Below, piece by piece: positions 59,409 to 64,000 of a stretch of 64,000 bases of DNA. The notes beneath the pieces were generated by a model that searched no databases, was not told the origin of the DNA, and was given only the letters and a program-made list of their open reading frames with translations. The position numbers and the translations under genes are program-made. This DNA comes from Minisyncoccota bacterium (GTDB lineage Bacteria; Patescibacteriota; Minisyncoccia; Phycocordibacterales; Phycocordibacteraceae). The stretch spans positions 16-64,015 of the forward strand of contig JALHQL010000006.1 of NCBI GenBank assembly GCA_022841985.1, read 5' to 3'. Position 1 is the first letter of the stretch. Every line of letters starts with the position of its first letter.

Positions 59409-60293
59409 TTATGGTGTAGTCCAAGTAGGTACGTAGCTCGTGCAGGAGAAGTTCGGATTGTTACGAGCTTGTACTGCGTAGAACTGCATATCGCCCTGTA
59501 CTTGATCGGTCTGCGCCGCATTGTTCACAAGCGTTCCGTCACACTTAAATCCTGTGCCATCGAGTGGTGAGCGCGCAACACCCGATCCATCCTGTGTAAG
59601 ATTAGTCGGAGTGAGTGTACCTGCGCACCAGATCTTACCGATATATACAGTTGAGTTGCCTGGTACTGGATTCGTACCGAATGCGCCAGCTGCAGGCGAT
59701 GCGAGAGCGATTTGACCCGCGCTGTTCAATTCAGCGAGCGAGCCGCCAAGGAAGATTTTCTCAGGAGTCCCACTCTGACCTGGAGTCGGTTCATAGACAT
59801 TGTCGCCATCATCTGCCCAGAATGCGAATTTCAATACGCTATCGAGTTCACCCTGATTAAGGCCCGGGGGTTCGCAAGTGCCATCGTCAGACAATTCAGG
59901 TTCCGTACACGACTGATCAGAATCATCAGTGATACGCGCAGCTGCACACATCCATGCATCGTTTGAGCCGACATGGATCGAGATAGTGTCCTCTCCGTAA
60001 TCTCCAGGCTTCACGTCCTCGAAGTTGAAGAACTTGTGAGTTCCTGCTACGAGGTTAGCAAGCGTCCAAGAGTTCGCGGGATTTGCAACGAGTGCCCCCG
60101 TTGAGGTTCCGACAAATGTTGGAATGTTGAAGTCAATTGCGTAGCTTGTATTATCAATTTTAAGATCAATATCGCCAGCAGCAAATGTGTTGCCGGTGGA
60201 TGTTTCAGTATCACTGAAGAATGCTCCTGTACTTGCAATCGTCGCGCCACCAAGGGCGACAATGACTGCAAGCGAGAGAAGAAGTTTTTGCAT
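59409..60293 (-). CDS. TasA/camelysin-like major subunit
   Basis: MQKLLLSL...TGAFFSDTETSTGNTFAAGDIDLKID, DVKPGD. Confidence 0.85.
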   Translation of the reverse strand: MQKLLLSLAVIVALGGATIASTGAFFSDTETSTGNTFAAGDIDLKIDNTSYAIDFNIPTFVGTSTGALVANPANSWTLANLVAGTHKFFNFEDVKPGDYGEDTISIHVGSNDAWMCAAARITDDSDQSCTEPELSDDGTCEPPGLNQGELDSVLKFAFWADDGDNVYEPTPGQSGTPEKIFLGGSLAELNSAGQIALASPAAGAFGTNPVPGNSTVYIGKIWCAGTLTPTNLTQDGSGVARSPLDGTGFKCDGTLVNNAAQTDQVQGDMQFYAVQARNNPNFSCTSYVPTWTTP

Positions 60294-60535
60294 ATAATTT
60301 ATTTTTAAGTTGAGTTTTTTGGTTAATAGTTTTATGTGATGCGTTGTGCGATTACTATTATCGACCAAAAGTATCGCGTCGCGTGAGTCGCGAACGCGAC
60401 ACACAAAGTAAGTGTCTCCCTCTGCCGAAAGTCTGACAAGTGTGTACACTGGTAACATCCTGTGTACAAAAAAGTGGATAACTTTCCATAAAAACGTGGT
60501 GAAATAATGCGCCCTGTCTCTGCTATAGTTGTCAC

Positions 60536-61303
60536 ATGAGAATAGTCTCGTGGAATGTAAATGGCCTGCGCTCGCTTGCAAAGGATGGTCGTTGGGAATC
60601 TTTTCTGAAAGGTACGAAACCAGACATATTTTGCCTCCAGGAGACGAAAGTGAGCCCGGAACAGGTATCTGAAGCAATGCTCTCCCCTGCCGGATTTCGC
60701 TCGTTTTTTTCGTCGTGCCAAGTGAGAAAAGGCTATAGTGGCGTGGCTATTTACTCAAAAATTGAGCCTTTGAAAGTCATTTATGGCATGGGAATAAAAG
60801 AGTTCGATCAGGAGGGGCGATTTGTCGGTGCTGAATATGAGGACTTCTGGCTTATTAATGCGTACTTCCCCAATGGCGGCCAAGGTCCAGAACGTCTCGA
60901 TTACAAAATGCGATTTTATGATGCTTTTCTCACATTTGTAGAGAAACTCCGTAAGCAGAAACCAGTCATATTCTGTGGCGATGTGAACACTGCCCATGAG
61001 GAAATCGACCTCGCGAGACCGAAAGAAAATGAGGATACTACAGGATTTTTGCCCGAAGAGCGTGCCTGGATAGACGAAGTTATCAGTACTGGCTACATTG
61101 ATTCATTCCGGCATTTTTATCCTCATACCAAGGAGGCTTACACGTATTGGGATATGAAGACCCGAGCACGCGATAGAAATGTCGGCTGGAGAATAGACTA
61201 TTTCTTTATTGCAAACGAATTTATTAAGAACATTAAAAAAGCAGAAATTCATAGCAGCATATACGGCTCCGACCACTGCCCTCTTTCTATAACCATCTCC
61301 TAA
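60536..61303 (+). CDS. xth: Exodeoxyribonuclease III
   Basis: SWNVNGLR, CLQETK, GDVNTAH, GWRIDYF, SDHCP. Confidence 0.97.
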   Translation: MRIVSWNVNGLRSLAKDGRWESFLKGTKPDIFCLQETKVSPEQVSEAMLSPAGFRSFFSSCQVRKGYSGVAIYSKIEPLKVIYGMGIKEFDQEGRFVGAEYEDFWLINAYFPNGGQGPERLDYKMRFYDAFLTFVEKLRKQKPVIFCGDVNTAHEEIDLARPKENEDTTGFLPEERAWIDEVISTGYIDSFRHFYPHTKEAYTYWDMKTRARDRNVGWRIDYFFIANEFIKNIKKAEIHSSIYGSDHCPLSITIS

Positions 61304-61358
61304 AAGACAAGTTGTCCACAGGCATGTCCTTTACAATGTCCTTTACTGGAATAGTATT

Positions 61359-61580
61359 GGCAAAGGAAGGGATGTTCTTTCTATAGTTCTCTATCGGCGT
61401 CGGTGCGCTTCTCGAGGCTCCTGCCTACGTCGCGGCGATCCGCGTATAAGTATTGCGCACGGTGTTCCACGTGAAAGCGCCAGTATGCAACGTATAAAAG
61501 CTGCCCTTATTCTCGGGTCGGGGGCCCCATCAAACGCCCAAGCTCCTTTTTGCCTCCGGCCACCACAGGGTGGCTTTTTT
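61359..61580 (+). ncRNA. Candidate structured ncRNA, 6S-like rod
   Basis: Promoter-like TTTACA..TAGTAT upstream, complementary ends, terminator gccacc-acag-ggtggc-T6. Confidence 0.35.
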
Positions 61581-61633
61581 GTTTCTATCTACGAATTATC
61601 CCCTAAATACCTTGGTGTACGTTACACGGGAAA

Positions 61634-63097
61634 CTAACACACGTGATATTTGTCCATTATGTGCTTTATTTCCTCATCTTCAGCCGCTTCCCTACGCTGC
61701 TTCCCTGCTTCCCCAAGCTTCTTCAGCTCTTCATCAGACATTTTAAATAGCTCTTCGGTTCTTTTATCAAGATATTCCTCGGTGTTTTTAGCAGAATCAT
61801 CAAGTATCTCCTCAAGAAGAGCATTAAGCGCCCATCCTATTTTCGGCCCAGGTTTCACATGAAACTTATCCATAATATGCACCCCGTCTGTTTTAAGCAT
61901 CGTCACAGAGATAGGATCGCGAAGCGCTTGATCTACCATCGCTTTATACTTACGGAAGCGAAATGGCTGTTCTTTAGGCCTTCCTGTCCCTATACGGTCA
62001 CAGATACGAAGATTGAGCAGATCCATTATATTCTCCTCACCAACGTTCTTTATCATGCGGCGCACAGCAGAAAGGGTAATTTTCTCGGGATCAGAGAAGA
62101 ACATGTGCCAACGAACCAATTTAACGACTTTATCTATGGTTTCACGTGAAAAATGAAGGTCTTCAAGAGCCTTTTTTGTTACACGTGAACCAACAACTTC
62201 ATGTCCATGGAAGCTCCAATCCTTCCTTTCTTCTATCCAACGGCGAGTCTCTGGCTTAGATATATCGTGATACAGGCCAGCGAGACGTATGTCGAATCCC
62301 CACTTTTTATCTGCGGCGTGCTGCATAGTACGAAGATTGTGTCCAAAAACATCGTATGAATGTGCCTGATTCTGTTCGACACCAATGCCACGAATCAAAT
62401 CAGGAACAATAAATGCTAGAATACCGAGCTGTTGCGCCAGAACGAGCGCATTCATCGGCTGATTTGAATTAAGTATCCTCACAAACTCATCTCGAACCCT
62501 TTCACGTGAAACACTGCTCAAATGCTTGCTATTTTCGCTTATAGCCCCCGCCGTATTGCTTTCTATGCCGAATTCAAGCTCTGCGACTAGGCGAACCGCA
62601 CGAAGCATGCGTAGAGCGTCCTCATTGAACCTCTGCGAGGCGTTACCTACTGCCCGCACCACTTTGTCCTTTATATCTTTTTGACCGTCGTACGGGTCAA
62701 CTACGTGTCCTTTAGAGCCCTCTAGCGCGATAGCATTGATCGTAAAGTCGCGTCGGGCCAGATCTTCGAGTAGGGAAGTACCGAACTCTACTTTATCCGG
62801 TCGGCGTTTATCAGAATAGCTAGATTCTGTACGATAGGGAGTAACCTCAACGATAGCGAGGCGAGGATCTTCAGAATTTGTCTTAACACCCACCGTGCCA
62901 TAGTCGTTTTCATAAAAAGAGTCCGGAAATACGGCCTGAATCTGATCCGGTGTGGCATTTGTAGTGATATCCCAATCCTTGGGTTCCCGTCCGATGATAA
63001 GGTCGCGGACACAACCGCCTACAAGATAGGATTCAAATCCAGCCTGCCGTAGACTATTTCCGACTACTGAGACCTCTTCTGGAACTCGATACACCAT
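61634..63097 (-). CDS. cca: CCA tRNA nucleotidyltransferase with HD domain
   Basis: VGGCVRD..KDWDIT, DLARRDFTINA, EDALRMLRA, YHDISKP. Confidence 0.93.
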   Translation of the reverse strand: MVYRVPEEVSVVGNSLRQAGFESYLVGGCVRDLIIGREPKDWDITTNATPDQIQAVFPDSFYENDYGTVGVKTNSEDPRLAIVEVTPYRTESSYSDKRRPDKVEFGTSLLEDLARRDFTINAIALEGSKGHVVDPYDGQKDIKDKVVRAVGNASQRFNEDALRMLRAVRLVAELEFGIESNTAGAISENSKHLSSVSRERVRDEFVRILNSNQPMNALVLAQQLGILAFIVPDLIRGIGVEQNQAHSYDVFGHNLRTMQHAADKKWGFDIRLAGLYHDISKPETRRWIEERKDWSFHGHEVVGSRVTKKALEDLHFSRETIDKVVKLVRWHMFFSDPEKITLSAVRRMIKNVGEENIMDLLNLRICDRIGTGRPKEQPFRFRKYKAMVDQALRDPISVTMLKTDGVHIMDKFHVKPGPKIGWALNALLEEILDDSAKNTEEYLDKRTEELFKMSDEELKKLGEAGKQRREAAEDEEIKHIMDKYHVC

Positions 63098-63248
63098 GAG
63101 CGAATCGTAGCATAGCATTCCTGGTTTTTTCGCATTTGTACCGTAAGCACGCAAAAGCTCGAGCTTGTGCTCCTTGCACTTGCCTCGCACAAGAACCTGA
63201 AGACAAATGCTCGTGTCTCGGCTCGCTTGGTAGTACTATGGCAGATAC

Positions 63249-63320
63249 GCCCCGATGGTGAAACGGATATCACAACAGTCTTCGGAACTGTAGGTCCAAG
63301 TTCGATTCTTGGTCGGGGCA
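63249..63320 (+). tRNA. tRNA-Arg(TCG)
   Basis: GCCCCGA acceptor, ACAGT-CT TCG GA-ACTGT, TTCGA. Confidence 0.93.
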
Positions 63321-63383
63321 CATACGAGCAAAGCTCGGGGCACTGGAAACAGAAACGCACGACATGCTATCATGTCGTGCAGA

Positions 63384-63454
63384 GCGGGTATGGTTCAATG
63401 GTAGAACATCTGGTTGCCAATCAGATGATGGGAGTTCGATTCTCCCTACCCGCA
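63384..63454 (+). tRNA. tRNA-Gly(GCC)
   Basis: GCGGGTA acceptor, TCTGG-TT GCC AA-TCAGA. Confidence 0.95.
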
Positions 63455-63472
63455 CCGAAATACACTGTAAAA

Positions 63473-63901
63473 TCAACGTTTTTTAAGCTTTATTCCAATT
63501 CCTGCGTTATTTTTTATATATTCAATCGCAGCTATAATAATTTTTGGATTATCTTCAAATTGCCTTAGCCCGACATTACATTTCGAACAAAGCAACCCTC
63601 GAACTTCCATTGACGTATGATTGTGATCAAGTAAAGGGCGTTTCATTGGTTTTTTGCATATAGCACATACTCCCTGTTGTTTCTCAAAAAGTTCTGCGTA
63701 CAACTGTCTAAATGGTTCGGCTGTGCCAAACTTCGCCGTTAATTTCTTATCTTCGAGACACTGTTTGCAACAAACTCTTCCTTCGGCCGCAGGGTTTTTC
63801 TCACAATTTGGACAAATACCTTTATCTTTAAAAGCTAATTTTCTTTTCTTTACATACATTTTTTGATACTCTCTTGCCTGTTCTGGTGTTCGAAAAGCCA
63901 T
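63473..63901 (-). CDS. Endonuclease VII (His-Me finger) domain protein
   Basis: CAIC...DHNH...VRGLLCSKCNVGL; extra N-terminal CxxC...CxxC. Confidence 0.88.
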   Translation of the reverse strand: MAFRTPEQAREYQKMYVKKRKLAFKDKGICPNCEKNPAAEGRVCCKQCLEDKKLTAKFGTAEPFRQLYAELFEKQQGVCAICKKPMKRPLLDHNHTSMEVRGLLCSKCNVGLRQFEDNPKIIIAAIEYIKNNAGIGIKLKKR

Positions 63902-64000
63902 GGATTTCCTTATTTATGCTATCCACAATAGCATTCTGTGGAATAACATAGCAGTGCATAAAGCTGTTAGTTGTGTGGATAAAGGACAGGGGACTTTTAT

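Noticed and set aside
60294-60480. Riboswitch (e.g. c-di-GMP) upstream of the TasA-like operon
   Set aside because: A hairpin (gtcgcg...cgcgac) is present but I could not match any riboswitch consensus.

Overview
Bacterial genome fragment with Patescibacteria (CPR, probably Parcubacteria) hallmarks: no rpmD (L30) between rpsE and rplO, a short L24, and core genes mostly lacking Shine-Dalgarno sites. 1-3.2 kb holds the 5' part of a large FN3-repeat surface protein. 3.4-22.1 kb is the str/S10/spc ribosomal cluster (minus strand), interrupted at three points by orphan genes bracketed by terminator hairpins. 22-41.5 kb carries membrane proteins, rsmA, pcrA, a LysM/M23 peptidase, ComM, a DksA-family protein, an NYN protein, rpsO, two tRNAs, pilMNO-like genes and ruvX. 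41.65-53.1 kb is an AT-rich composite island at the 3' end of tRNA-Ser(UGA). Its large serine recombinase reads into the tRNA antisense, and it contains nested 121-bp and 275-bp inverted repeats forming an internal inverted attP-like junction. Cargo: a controller/RadC-fused C5 methyltransferase/HpaII-family RM system, an operon of four tiny HTH paralogs plus two proteins sharing an N-terminal domain (one with a HEPN motif), and a second recombinase-less cassette with a MORC-like GHKL ATPase plus a PD-(D/E)XK protein. 53-64 kb has a Xer recombinase, a SipW/TasA-like fibre operon, xth, a candidate 6S-like RNA, cca, tRNAs (Arg-GCG, Arg-UCG, Gly) and an endonuclease VII gene. All calls are by eye; no searches were run.
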